From Elusimicrobia bacterium RIFOXYA2_FULL_47_53 (lineage in GTDB: Bacteria; Elusimicrobiota; Endomicrobiia; Endomicrobiales; XYA2-FULL-47-53), in the NCBI GenBank assembly GCA_001800315.1, contig MGVE01000009.1:11295-75294 (forward strand): a stretch of 64,000 nt of DNA, given 5' to 3'. The position numbers and the translations under genes are program-made. The notes beneath the pieces were generated by a model. The model had not been told where the DNA came from and did no database searches. It was given only the letters and a program-made list of their open reading frames with translations. Each line of letters opens with the position of its first letter. Position 1 is the stretch's first letter. This document shows, piece by piece, positions 1 through 10,200 of this stretch.

Positions 1-533
1 ACAAAGTTGCCGGCCGCCTCGTAAAGCTGAACCGGATGAAGGCTTATGCCAGTCGGAGCAAGCGCCGCGGAGCTTGTATATTCCACCGCCCAGGGAAGAT
101 GGCATTCCCTTCCGTAGCAGCAGCCCGCGAAAAAACAACCCAGCCTGCCGAACACATGCCCAAGCGCCACGGCAGGGGCGAAAATATCGGTTAGTTTCCA
201 GATATTTATTTTGCGGCGGGCGGCAAAAACAAATATGGCGCCGGCCGCGAAAACAAAACCGCCGTAGTAAACCAGCCCGCCCTGCCAGACTTTGAAAATG
301 TCAATTAAATTACCGGCGTATAAGTCCCATTCTACTACCACATAATTGAGGCGGGCGCCGATAATTCCGAATAGCACCGCGAACAGCACCGCGTCGTAGA
401 CGCTGTCTTTTGTGATGGAGAATCTGTTTGCCCGGCTCAGCATGTAGCGCAGGCCAAAAAACAAGCCTGCCGCCACGAGAAGCCCGTAGGTTCTTAAAGT
501 TACCGGCCCGAATTCAAAAATTGTTGGAAACAT
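1..533 (-). CDS. lgt: Prolipoprotein diacylglyceryl transferase, N-terminal part (the C-terminus runs off the window start)
   Basis: Absent from the ORF track because it is truncated. Translating from the ATG at complement(531..533) gives MFPTIFEFGPVTLRTYGLLVAAGLFFG...GRLGCFFAGCCYGRE...HPVQLYEAAGNF, which is Lgt-like. It lies next to lspA. Confidence 0.85.
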   Translation of the reverse strand, partial: MFPTIFEFGPVTLRTYGLLVAAGLFFGLRYMLSRANRFSITKDSVYDAVLFAVLFGIIGARLNYVVVEWDLYAGNLIDIFKVWQGGLVYYGGFVFAAGAIFVFAARRKINIWKLTDIFAPAVALGHVFGRLGCFFAGCCYGRECHLPWAVEYTSSAALAPTGISLHPVQLYEAAGNF

Positions 534-587
534 TATGCTGTCCGATACGCCGGCGAATAGCTTTGGCTCAGTAACGGCGCCGCCGCG

Positions 588-755
588 TTTAACCCGAATT
601 TTGCATTAGGCGCGAGAACCGAGGCGAACAAGGCAGAGGCTTTTTTGACTAAAAAAGAGGAAGCGTAGCGGTGACTACGGTTGAGCTTTTTTAGGATGAA
701 AAAGTCCCACAGGGTTTGACGAATTCCGTGTCCTGATGCAAAATTTGGGTTTAAA
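588..755. repeat. 168-bp long-palindrome intergenic element, copy 1 (copy 2 at 29078..29245)
   Basis: Terminal inverted repeats TTTAACCCGAATTTTGCATTAGG (588-610) and CCTGATGCAAAATTTGGGTTTAAA (732-755). The interior aligns by hand with 29078..29245. It ends flush with the lspA stop codon at 756. Confidence 0.8.
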
Positions 756-1217
756 TCACCGGGCTTCATTTTTCGGTTTGCCTGAAATCATAAAATCTAT
801 TATGAGGAGCACCGCGCCGATGGTTATACAGGAGTCAGCCACATTGAAAGCCGGCCAGTGGTATGAGCCGATACTAAAATCAATAAAATCAACGACGCCG
901 CCTCTCGCTATCCTGTCAATGAGATTGCCGACGGCTCCCGAAAATACAAGCAGAAGCGGAAGCTTAAGATACTGCGGCACCCGGCGCCTGTTTTTCAGAT
1001 ACCAAAGCAAGGCTACGGAAACAGCTGTAAACGAGAACAGGGTAAAGACTGTGTTTGAGCCGCTAAAACCTCTGAACATGCTGAAAGCCACGCCGGTATT
1101 GACTACATAAACCAGGTTTAAAAAAGGCGCGAGCGTCAGGCTTTCTCCCTGGAACAAATTAGCCGTAACCAGGTATTTTGTCAGCTGATCTAAACCGATC
1201 AACGCGCCTGAATACAA
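756..1217 (-). CDS. lspA: Lipoprotein signal peptidase II
   Basis: LspA motifs VVNTGVAFSMF and WPAFNVADS plus 4 hydrophobic segments. The track start is TTG, not ATG, so the exact start is uncertain. Confidence 0.9.
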   Translation of the reverse strand: MYSGALIGLDQLTKYLVTANLFQGESLTLAPFLNLVYVVNTGVAFSMFRGFSGSNTVFTLFSFTAVSVALLWYLKNRRRVPQYLKLPLLLVFSGAVGNLIDRIARGGVVDFIDFSIGSYHWPAFNVADSCITIGAVLLIIDFMISGKPKNEAR

Positions 1218-1233
1218 AATAAATTTTTTCAGT

Positions 1234-4020
1234 TTATTCCCCCTTGGGAGCGGACTTTTCCAGCTCGCTTACGCAGCGCGGGCAGAGGTTTTCTGAGAAT
1301 TTATTATTTTTACTGACATCTTCTTTATGGCGCCAGCATCTCTGGCATTTTTCACGGGTGGATTTTGAGGCGGAAACATCCTGAGTTTCGCCTTCCTTTA
1401 TAGCCGCGTCCCAGGTGCCGATTGAAAGTGAAACCGTCTCGGCGTCAACATTATATTTTGAGGCAAAACCTTTTTCCAGAACAACCTCGGCGCGGGCTTC
1501 AAGGTTTGAACCGATCTCCTTGTTTTTTCGCAGAGCCTCAAAAGCCGTCATGGCTTTTTCCCTCAGTTCAAAAAGCTTCGCCCATTTCTCCAGATCCGCA
1601 GCTGAGATTTTAAGCGATTCATCGTATTTCGGGAATTCCGCAAGAAAAACCGAGTCCGGCAGGCGGTTGTCGGAACTTCTCATTTCCTGCCAGGCCTCTT
1701 CCGCGGTAAAGGAAAGTATCGGAGCGACGAGCCTTATGATAACAGAGCTTATCTCGTAAAGCGCGCTCTGGGCGCTTCTTCTGTTAAGCGAGTCCGTTCC
1801 GTCGCAGTAAAGCGTGTCTTTGAGTGCGTCAAGGTAAAATCCGCTCAAAAATACCGTGCAGAAATTGTTTATGGAACCCGCCGCTTTGTGAAACTCATAG
1901 GTTTCATAGGCTGCCGAGACTTCCTTTATGAGGTCCTGCAGGCGGCTCAAGGCGAAGCGGTCAATCTGTCGCATTTGAGCGAGCGGAAGACGGGTTTGGT
2001 CATTTAGGCCGTAGATATTTCCCATCAGAAAACGCAGGGTATTGCGGATTTTGCGGTACGAATCAATTAAGCCTTTAAGTATTTCCTGCGATATTCTTAT
2101 ATCCTCGCGGTAATCGCTGGTGGAAACCCAGAGCCTGAGAATGTCGGCTCCGTATTTCTCTATTATCTCGCCGGGCAGAATAACATTCCCGACTGACTTG
2201 GACATTTTCTTGCCTTCTCCGTCCACCACGAAACCGTGGGTCAGAACAGTCTTATACGGAGCCTGGCCTCTTAGAGCGACAGCCGGCATGAGCGAGGTCT
2301 GGAACCAGCCTCTATGCTGGTCGCTTCCCTCAAGGTACATGTCCGCGGGAAGCCTCAGCGAATCAAAGTTTCCGCTGGCCAGCACCGCCTCGGAAGATAC
2401 GCCGGAATCAAACCAGACATCAAGGATATCTTCCTCTTTTCTGAAAGTTTTTCCGGAACATTTAGAACATTGAGGATTGTGCCCCGCAAGAAGTTCTTCC
2501 GCGGTTTTCTCAAACCATATATCGGCGCCTTTTTCGGAGAAAAGCGAAGCGATATGAGAGATTATTTTATCGTCAACAACTGGCTCGCCGCACTCGGTAC
2601 AGTAAAAAATCGGTATCGGCACGCCCCAGAGCCGCTGGCGGCTTAAGCACCAGTCGGGCCTGGTCTCCAGCATGCCCGTCATGCGGTTTTGGCCGTAAGC
2701 CGGAACCCAACTGACTTTGCCCGCGGCCTCAAGCAGCCGGGCGCGAAGGTTATTATGCTCAACGCTCATAAACCACTGCGGCGTGGCCCTGAATATCACG
2801 GCCTTTTTGCAGCGCCAGCAGTGCGGATAGGAGTGCTCAAATTTTTCGTCAAATAAAAGCGCGCCAAGGCCTTTAAGTTTTTCCACAATAAGCGGATTGG
2901 CGGCGAAAACCTTATGCCCTTTAAATTCCGGCACCTCGTCGGTGAAAATTCCGCGGTCGTTAACCGGAGAAATAATATCAAGCTTGTACTTAAGGCCCAC
3001 GGCATAGTCTTCCTGGCCGTGGCCCGGGGCGATATGCACCACGCCCGTGCCGTCCTCAAGGGTTACATAATCGGCGAGAACTCCCTTTGATTCGCGTTCA
3101 ACCAGAGGGTTTTTGCAAATTATCCCTTCAAGGTCCTTGCCGCCGAAACCGCTGAGAATTTTATATTCCGAAGCTCCAATTTTTTCGGCTACGACCGGCA
3201 GAAGCTTTTTTGAAAGCACAAGCAGTTCCCTGGAGCCGTCGCTGCCTTTAAGTTCGGCATTCACATAATCGGACTCGGGATGGAAAGCCAGGGCGACATT
3301 GGCGGGCAGGGTCCACGGGGTAGTCGTCCAGATTAAAACGCTGGTATCTTTTTCAAGCTTTACCGGAGAAGAAACTACTTTAAACTTAACATAAACCGAA
3401 TGGGAAATATGGTTGGCGTATTCCACTTCGGCGTCGGCGAGGGCGGTTTCGCAGGTCGGGCACCAGTAAACCGGTTTTTTCTGCCTGAATATGTAGCCTT
3501 CTTTGGCGAGCCTGCCGAAAACTCCGGCTATCGCCCCTTCATATTTCGGGTCCAGCGTCAGGTACGGCTTTTCCCAGTCGCCGAGCACCCCGAGGCGTTT
3601 GAATTCGTTTCTCTGAATGTCTATAAATTTTTTCGCGAAAGCCGCGGCCTGTTTGCGGAAGGCCACTCTTTCCACCTTGTGCTTGTCAAGTTTCATGTCC
3701 TTGAGGCACTGCTGTTCAATGGGCAGGCCGTGGCAGTCCCAACCGGGAGTATAAGGAGCGTCAAAACCCGACATTGCCTTGTGTTTTATTATTATGTCTT
3801 TAAGAATTTTATTTAGAGAGGTCCCGAGGTGTATGTGGCCGTTGGCGTAGGGCGGGCCGTCATGAAGCACAAACACGGGCCTGCCGGAATTTTTTTCCCG
3901 CATCTTATGATAGATTTTTTTATCATCCCACTCTTTCTGAAAAACGGGCTCGCGGGCGGGAAGGTTCGCCTTCATCTGGAAATTAGTCTGCGGGAGATTT
4001 ACTGTTTTTGAATAATCCAT
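1234..4020 (-). CDS. ileS: Isoleucyl-tRNA synthetase
   Basis: 928 aa. HIGH-type motif [16 protein letters not shown] motif, and C-terminal Cys pairs (CQRCW...CPRC) typical of the IleS zinc finger. Confidence 0.97.
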   Translation of the reverse strand: MDYSKTVNLPQTNFQMKANLPAREPVFQKEWDDKKIYHKMREKNSGRPVFVLHDGPPYANGHIHLGTSLNKILKDIIIKHKAMSGFDAPYTPGWDCHGLPIEQQCLKDMKLDKHKVERVAFRKQAAAFAKKFIDIQRNEFKRLGVLGDWEKPYLTLDPKYEGAIAGVFGRLAKEGYIFRQKKPVYWCPTCETALADAEVEYANHISHSVYVKFKVVSSPVKLEKDTSVLIWTTTPWTLPANVALAFHPESDYVNAELKGSDGSRELLVLSKKLLPVVAEKIGASEYKILSGFGGKDLEGIICKNPLVERESKGVLADYVTLEDGTGVVHIAPGHGQEDYAVGLKYKLDIISPVNDRGIFTDEVPEFKGHKVFAANPLIVEKLKGLGALLFDEKFEHSYPHCWRCKKAVIFRATPQWFMSVEHNNLRARLLEAAGKVSWVPAYGQNRMTGMLETRPDWCLSRQRLWGVPIPIFYCTECGEPVVDDKIISHIASLFSEKGADIWFEKTAEELLAGHNPQCSKCSGKTFRKEEDILDVWFDSGVSSEAVLASGNFDSLRLPADMYLEGSDQHRGWFQTSLMPAVALRGQAPYKTVLTHGFVVDGEGKKMSKSVGNVILPGEIIEKYGADILRLWVSTSDYREDIRISQEILKGLIDSYRKIRNTLRFLMGNIYGLNDQTRLPLAQMRQIDRFALSRLQDLIKEVSAAYETYEFHKAAGSINNFCTVFLSGFYLDALKDTLYCDGTDSLNRRSAQSALYEISSVIIRLVAPILSFTAEEAWQEMRSSDNRLPDSVFLAEFPKYDESLKISAADLEKWAKLFELREKAMTAFEALRKNKEIGSNLEARAEVVLEKGFASKYNVDAETVSLSIGTWDAAIKEGETQDVSASKSTREKCQRCWRHKEDVSKNNKFSENLCPRCVSELEKSAPKGE

Positions 4021-4027
4021 GATAGTT

Positions 4028-5056
4028 TTATTTTTGCCTCAATGCTTTTTTTATTTCTCCGGGCTTAAAAACCCCGTTCTCGGTTATTATGGCCGTTATC
4101 AGCCCGGCGGGCGTGACATCAAAAGCCGGGTGGCAGGCTATCGTGCCCTTGGGAGCTATGAGCCTGTCGTTTACATAAAGCACTTCCTTTACCGAACGCT
4201 CTTCTATGACTATCCTGCCGCCGTTTGAGGTTTTTGGGTCAATCGTTGAAACCGGCGCGGCCACATAAAATGGGACTTTATGGTATCTGGCAAGTATTGA
4301 CAGAGAGTAGGTGCCTATCTTGTTGGCGGCGTCGCCGTTGGCGGCTATGCGGTCGGCTCCGACTATAACAGCTCCAATCCCGCAGGTTTTCATAATGTGG
4401 CCCGCCATATTGTCGGTCAAAAGCCTGTAAGGAATCTTCTCCTGTTTCATTTCCCACGCGGTGAGCCTGGCTCCCTGAAGATAGGGGCGGGTTTCATCAA
4501 CATATACCAATTTAATTTTGCCCTGGCTGTAGGCGGAGCGGATAACTCCAAGAGCGGTGCCGTAACCGGCCGTCGCGAGAGCGCCCGCGTTGCAGTGGGT
4601 AATAACCATGGAATTTTTCTTAAGAAGCGCGGCGCCGTAGCTCCCGATCCTTTTGTTTACAGAAATATCTTCGTCGTAGACCTCAAGAGCCTCCCTGACA
4701 AGCCGGGACTTGAGCCCCTCGGGAGTTCCCGAGAAACCGTCCACGATATCTTCAATTCTCTTAAGGGCCCAGAAAAGATTAACGGCTGTCGGCCGGCTTG
4801 AGGCAAGCCTTCCGGCGGCTTTCAAAAGATAGGATTTCATGGCCGAAAGAGACTTAAAATCTTTTTCAAGCGCCGCGAGCGCCATGCCAAACGCCGCCGC
4901 CACGCCAATAGCGGGCGCGCCGCGGATAATCATATCCTTAATGGCACGGTAAACGGATTCATAATTCCCGCATTCCACATAGCGTATCCTGGAAGGCAGG
5001 AGCAGCTGGTTTAATATGTATACTCTGTTGTTTTTCCAATAAAGCGTTCTTATCAT
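4028..5056 (-). CDS. mtnA: Methylthioribose-1-phosphate isomerase (eIF-2B alpha/beta/delta-like family)
   Basis: 342 aa with full-length MtnA-like sequence ([13 protein letters not shown]..., [18 protein letters not shown]). Confidence 0.88.
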   Translation of the reverse strand: MIRTLYWKNNRVYILNQLLLPSRIRYVECGNYESVYRAIKDMIIRGAPAIGVAAAFGMALAALEKDFKSLSAMKSYLLKAAGRLASSRPTAVNLFWALKRIEDIVDGFSGTPEGLKSRLVREALEVYDEDISVNKRIGSYGAALLKKNSMVITHCNAGALATAGYGTALGVIRSAYSQGKIKLVYVDETRPYLQGARLTAWEMKQEKIPYRLLTDNMAGHIMKTCGIGAVIVGADRIAANGDAANKIGTYSLSILARYHKVPFYVAAPVSTIDPKTSNGGRIVIEERSVKEVLYVNDRLIAPKGTIACHPAFDVTPAGLITAIITENGVFKPGEIKKALRQK

Positions 5057-6131
5057 AAATCGCCTCTATCCGCTGTGATTACCCTAAACTTTTTTTGAAC
5101 GGCTGAAAAATTTAATGACTTCTTGAAATGGAATGACTACATTTTTTACAACGAGATTCTTCGCCCGCCACAGCGGACTCAGAACGACGGCGTTTTGTGG
5201 ATTCCGGACAAAACATTTTAAGCTATAAGTTTTAAGTTGTAAGTTATAAGTGAACGACGCTTCTGTGTCGTCATCCCAGAGGCAGTAATCTGGGATCCAC
5301 TTCCTTGAGTCATTAACAAAATGCCATTGTTCTGGATTCCGGACGGAAACTCTCCGGAATGACGGCGTGTAGCGCTTCTGTGTCGTCATCCCAGAGGCAG
5401 TAGTCTGGGATCCAGCCTTTACAGACTGTGTGGCAATGTCATCCTGAGCGTTAGCGAAGGATCGCGAAGTTATTGTTACCATAGAGATGCTTCACTGCGT
5501 TCAGCATGACAGCAACTCAAAGTCCTCGTTAATGGCAGTTATGACACAGTCTGTTAGTCTTACTTCTGGATTCCGGAGTGGCGGCCCAATGCTTTGAATA
5601 AAATCAGCCGGCCTCCCAGGCGAATGCGAAGCATTCTTCACCCGTCCAAAGACGGGTGATTTTTCGCCGCGGGACAGAAACTCTCCGGAATGACGGCACA
5701 GTTGTGACTTAAGCCTTTAAGGGGCTTTTGGGTTGCGTACCCCTTCCGAGCCGATTATGAGCAAAAGAATTTTTGGAGGCCTTCAGTCTTGCCTGTTTGA
5801 CCTGCCGACAAGGCAGGGAGTTTGCAAGACTGCCAAAATACTTTTGCGAATGGCTCGCGGGTGGCGAGTTTCTTTATTATCGTTCTTTGCTCGCCCAAAG
5901 AAAGTTAAAATCAGGTGTCGGGAATGACGACACTTTACGGAACGCGCGGCAAGCTGCGCAGCTACGGAATCATTTTTACTACGGGATTGCTTCTCTCCCT
6001 GCGGGAGATCGCAATGACGCGGCCTTATTAAGGCTCTTGGACAGCCGTGCCAAAACTATCTTTAAAATAAAAACGCAAAACGCGAATAAAATCTATCCGC
6101 ATCTTGCCGTCAAACCGCCAGCCGAAATGCT
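5057..6131. repeat. Coding-free mosaic of nested stem-loop repeat modules (locus A of six)
   Basis: 1075 bp with no credible ORF. It is built from modules that recur at 20410-20624, 25904-26274, 40410-40761, 45985-46593 and 54520-54810. See findings for module coordinates. Confidence 0.9.
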
Positions 6132-6395
6132 CTAAGGGATGGTTTCCAGGACTTCCTCAAGCTCTTCTTCCGAACGGCCGCATATCTCTATTGTTTTTTC
6201 GCGGCCCCGCTCGCCTTTTCTCAGCAGGACCATGCTTTTCTTCACTTCAAAAAACTCGGCAAGAAACTCGCAGAGCTCGCAGTTCGCCTTTCCTTCAACC
6301 GCGGGCGCCGATACTTTTACCCTTAAGATGGAGCCAATTCTTCCGACAACCTCGTTTTTCTTTGCGTTAGGGATTACTCTGACTTTTATTATCAT
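6132..6395 (-). CDS. DUF167 / YggU family protein
   Basis: 87 aa. VRVIPNAKKNEV...LRVKVSAPAVEGKAN resembles the YggU family, and it sits in the conserved yggS-proC neighbourhood. Confidence 0.75.
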   Translation of the reverse strand: MIIKVRVIPNAKKNEVVGRIGSILRVKVSAPAVEGKANCELCEFLAEFFEVKKSMVLLRKGERGREKTIEICGRSEEELEEVLETIP

Positions 6396-6415
6396 TAAAT
6401 AAATACCCCTTTTGC

Positions 6416-7222
6416 TTACCTGGCTAGTTCGCCGGCTCTTTTTTTAGCTTTTTTCATCGCGTTTTTAAATATCCCGGGAAGTTTGTTTTCCTGCATATAT
6501 TTTACCGCGGCCTCGGTCGTTCCGCCAGGAGAAGTTACCTTCATCCGCAGCTCGCGCGCGGAGACGCCGTCGCCCCGGAGCATCGCGGCCGCGCCAGCGA
6601 TCGTCTGCCTGGCAAGCTCCGAAGCCGTTTTGCCGTCCAGACCCATTTCTAAGCCGGCCTCTTCCATTAACTGAGCGACATAAAAAATATACGCGGGCCC
6701 CGAACCCGAAAGAGCGGTAACGGCGTTAAGTTTTGATTCGGGAACAATGACGGCAAGCCCCGCGGAGGCAAATATTCCCCGGGCGGCGCTTAAGGCTTTT
6801 TTGCCGGCGGATTTCCCTTTTGAAATTCCGGCCGCGCCCATTGAAACCAGCGCGGGAGTATTAGGCATGACCCTGACAACAGCGGTTCCTTCAGGCAAAT
6901 AGTTTTCAATGAACTTAGTGGTTATGCCTGCCGCTATTGAAATAACCAGGCTGTCTTTGTTTATGAACCGGCCGCAATAGCTCAGAAGTTCTTCCATCTG
7001 CTGAGGCTTGACGGCCAGCAGAACAATTTTGCCCTCGGCGCAGGCCCTGGCCGGATCAGGCTCAACCGCGACACCGTATTTTTTGCGGATATAAGCGAGC
7101 CTTTTGCCGTTAATATCCGAAGCTAATATTTCGGATCTTTTATATTTAGCGTTACTTAAAAGCGCGTTTATTACGGCCTCAGCCATATTTCCTGCGCCTA
7201 TAAAAACTATTTTCTTACCCAT
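6416..7222 (-). CDS. proC: Pyrroline-5-carboxylate reductase
   Basis: 268 aa. N-terminal Rossmann motif FIGAGNMAEA and C-terminal P5CR dimerisation region (SPGGTTEAA). Confidence 0.93.
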   Translation of the reverse strand: MGKKIVFIGAGNMAEAVINALLSNAKYKRSEILASDINGKRLAYIRKKYGVAVEPDPARACAEGKIVLLAVKPQQMEELLSYCGRFINKDSLVISIAAGITTKFIENYLPEGTAVVRVMPNTPALVSMGAAGISKGKSAGKKALSAARGIFASAGLAVIVPESKLNAVTALSGSGPAYIFYVAQLMEEAGLEMGLDGKTASELARQTIAGAAAMLRGDGVSARELRMKVTSPGGTTEAAVKYMQENKLPGIFKNAMKKAKKRAGELAR

Positions 7223-7907
7223 TGTATTTCCGCTCTCCGAAAATCGCGCTGCCTACCCTGACCATCGTGGAGCCTTCCTCTATGGCTGACTCAAAATCTC
7301 CCGACATCCCCATGGATAATATCTCAAAACTTTCAAAATCCCGCTTACATGAATCAAAAATTGATTTTAACCGCGCGAAATACGGCCTAGCATTTTCTCT
7401 GTCATCAAAATACGGGGCCATACCCATTATTCCGCGCAACCTTATGTTGGATAAATTCCGGGCCTGAGCGATAAAATCCCGCACTGCTTCCGGAGCCAGC
7501 CCGAACTTTGTGTTTTCAGCTGAAACCTTGACCTCAATAAGGCAGTCCTGAACTTTGCCCGAGGCGGCCGCGCACGAATTTATCTCCGTTGCAAGCCTAA
7601 GGCTGTCAACCGACTGTATTAAATCAAAGAGCTCAACGGCTTTTTTCGCCTTATTTGTCTGAAGATGCCCGATAAAATGTTTTCTGACTTCTATATTTCC
7701 GGCTGAGATCAGGCTGAATTTTACCTGGGCTTCCTGTATTTTATTCTCGCCGATGTCTTTAATGCCGAGAGATATAGCTTCGCTGACCGTAACCGCCGGA
7801 ACGGTCTTCGTAACTCCGATCAGGGTTACTGAACCGGGCTCCCTGCCCGCTTTTTGGCAAGCGGCAGCTATCCTGCCGATAACTGAATTGATATTATCTT
7901 TTAGCAT
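7215..7907 (-). CDS. yggS: PLP-binding YggS/PROSC family protein
   Basis: Alanine-racemase-N-like barrel with the PLP lysine context LIGVTKTVP. The start is moved to the ATG at 7907 (MLKDNINS...) because the track start at 7958 is TTG and would overlap the groEL terminator. Confidence 0.85.
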   Translation of the reverse strand: MLKDNINSVIGRIAAACQKAGREPGSVTLIGVTKTVPAVTVSEAISLGIKDIGENKIQEAQVKFSLISAGNIEVRKHFIGHLQTNKAKKAVELFDLIQSVDSLRLATEINSCAAASGKVQDCLIEVKVSAENTKFGLAPEAVRDFIAQARNLSNIRLRGIMGMAPYFDDRENARPYFARLKSIFDSCKRDFESFEILSMGMSGDFESAIEEGSTMVRVGSAIFGERKYNG

Positions 7908-7920
7908 TTCTGGATTCGTA

Positions 7921-7929
7921 ATTATAGCA
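7921..7929 (-). promoter_or_regulatory. Candidate extended -10 promoter (TGCTATAAT) for yggS-proC
   Basis: The minus strand reads TGCTATAAT, 13 nt upstream of the ATG at 7907. No good -35 and no SD, so the leader would be very short. Confidence 0.35.
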
Positions 7930-7952
7930 TATTTTTCAATATAAATAAAGAA

Positions 7953-7983
7953 CCCCAAACAGCCGGTTTACGGCTATTTGGGG
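7953..7983 (-). terminator. Intrinsic terminator after groEL
   Basis: The minus strand reads CCCCAAATAGCCGTAAACCGGCTGTTTGGGG (long GC-rich hairpin) followed by TTCTTTATTTAT. Confidence 0.7.
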
Positions 7984-8024
7984 CCCATTTTATCTGTTAT
8001 TTGCTGTTCGTTTTATCCCTGATT

Positions 8025-9653
<1,629 letters not shown>

Positions 9654-9668
9654 TCACCTCAGGTAATT

Positions 9669-9956
9669 TTATTCTATTATTCCAAGGATATCGTCCTGAT
9701 GCATAATCAGGTGTTCAACATCCTCTATCTTAACTTCCGTGCCGGAATACTTTCCGTAAAGCACTTTGTCGCCGACCTTTAAATCCATGGGGATAAGCTT
9801 GCCGTCGTCTCCGATTTTTCCCTTTCCTACCGCAACCACTTCTCCTTCCTGCGGCTTTTCTTTGGCCGTGTCAGGAATAATAATTCCGCCTTTTTTGACT
9901 TCTTTCTGCTCCAGCGGTTTTACAAGAACCCTGTCTCCTAACGGTCTCATTTTCAT
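9669..9956 (-). CDS. groES: Co-chaperonin GroES
   Basis: Starts [14 protein letters not shown] at the ATG at 9956, preceded by GGAGGTGA. The track ORF has a spurious TTG-initiated extension. Confidence 0.97.
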   Translation of the reverse strand: MKMRPLGDRVLVKPLEQKEVKKGGIIIPDTAKEKPQEGEVVAVGKGKIGDDGKLIPMDLKVGDKVLYGKYSGTEVKIEDVEHLIMHQDDILGIIE

Positions 9957-10043
9957 ACCGTTCACCTCCTGTTGGATTTTATAAACTGCTAAAAGTGCCG
10001 TATTGACGCCTCCATTTTCACGGAACAGCGGGCGCAAATTAAA

Positions 10044-10070
10044 TTAGCACTCGCTTTTAGCAAGTGCTAA
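10044..10070. promoter_or_regulatory. CIRCE operator (HrcA binding site)
   Basis: TTAGCACTC-GCTTTTAGC-AAGTGCTAA matches the CIRCE consensus TTAGCACTC-N9-GAGTGCTAA with one mismatch. It sits between the promoter and groES. Confidence 0.9.
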
Positions 10071-10099
10071 TTATAACAAAATCTATAAAATTTTGTCAA
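10070..10099 (-). promoter_or_regulatory. Sigma-70-type promoter of groES-groEL
   Basis: The minus strand reads TTGACA (10099-10094), N18, TATAAT (10075-10070), with TGT immediately upstream of the -10 (extended -10). It abuts CIRCE. Confidence 0.8.
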
Positions 10100-10200
10100 G
10101 CGGCTGAAAAAATATTTTTTCAGCGCCCCTGCCGCGAAAAATCCCGACGGAAAAATAAATATTTTAAAAAACTGCCCGCGTTTCGCGCAACCCGGCTATT

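Noticed and set aside
5057-6131. Whether the interspersed repeats form a degenerate CRISPR array.
   Set aside because: There is no single repeat of constant length alternating with unique spacers of constant length. The modules are heterogeneous, appear in both orientations and are nested. No cas genes lie in the window.
5084-6135. Track ORFs inside the mosaic regions (5084-5482, 5733-5927, 5773-6135; also 40436-40759, 40453-40650, 46128-46412, 54492-54839, 54518-54733).
   Set aside because: They translate repeat modules into low-complexity text, occur in both orientations over the same DNA, mostly use non-ATG starts and lack SD sites. The same peptides arise simply because the DNA repeats recur.
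9957-10037. N-terminal extensions of track ORFs produced by non-ATG starts (groES 10037, yggS 7958, pilB 18338, the deacetylase 47972, 19615-20409, 21987-22859, 54811-56220, 56198-56716, 62695-63294, 27645-29033).
   Set aside because: In each case an internal ATG with an SD, a signal peptide or a family-typical N-terminus gives a better model. The extensions overlap terminators, promoters or upstream genes.
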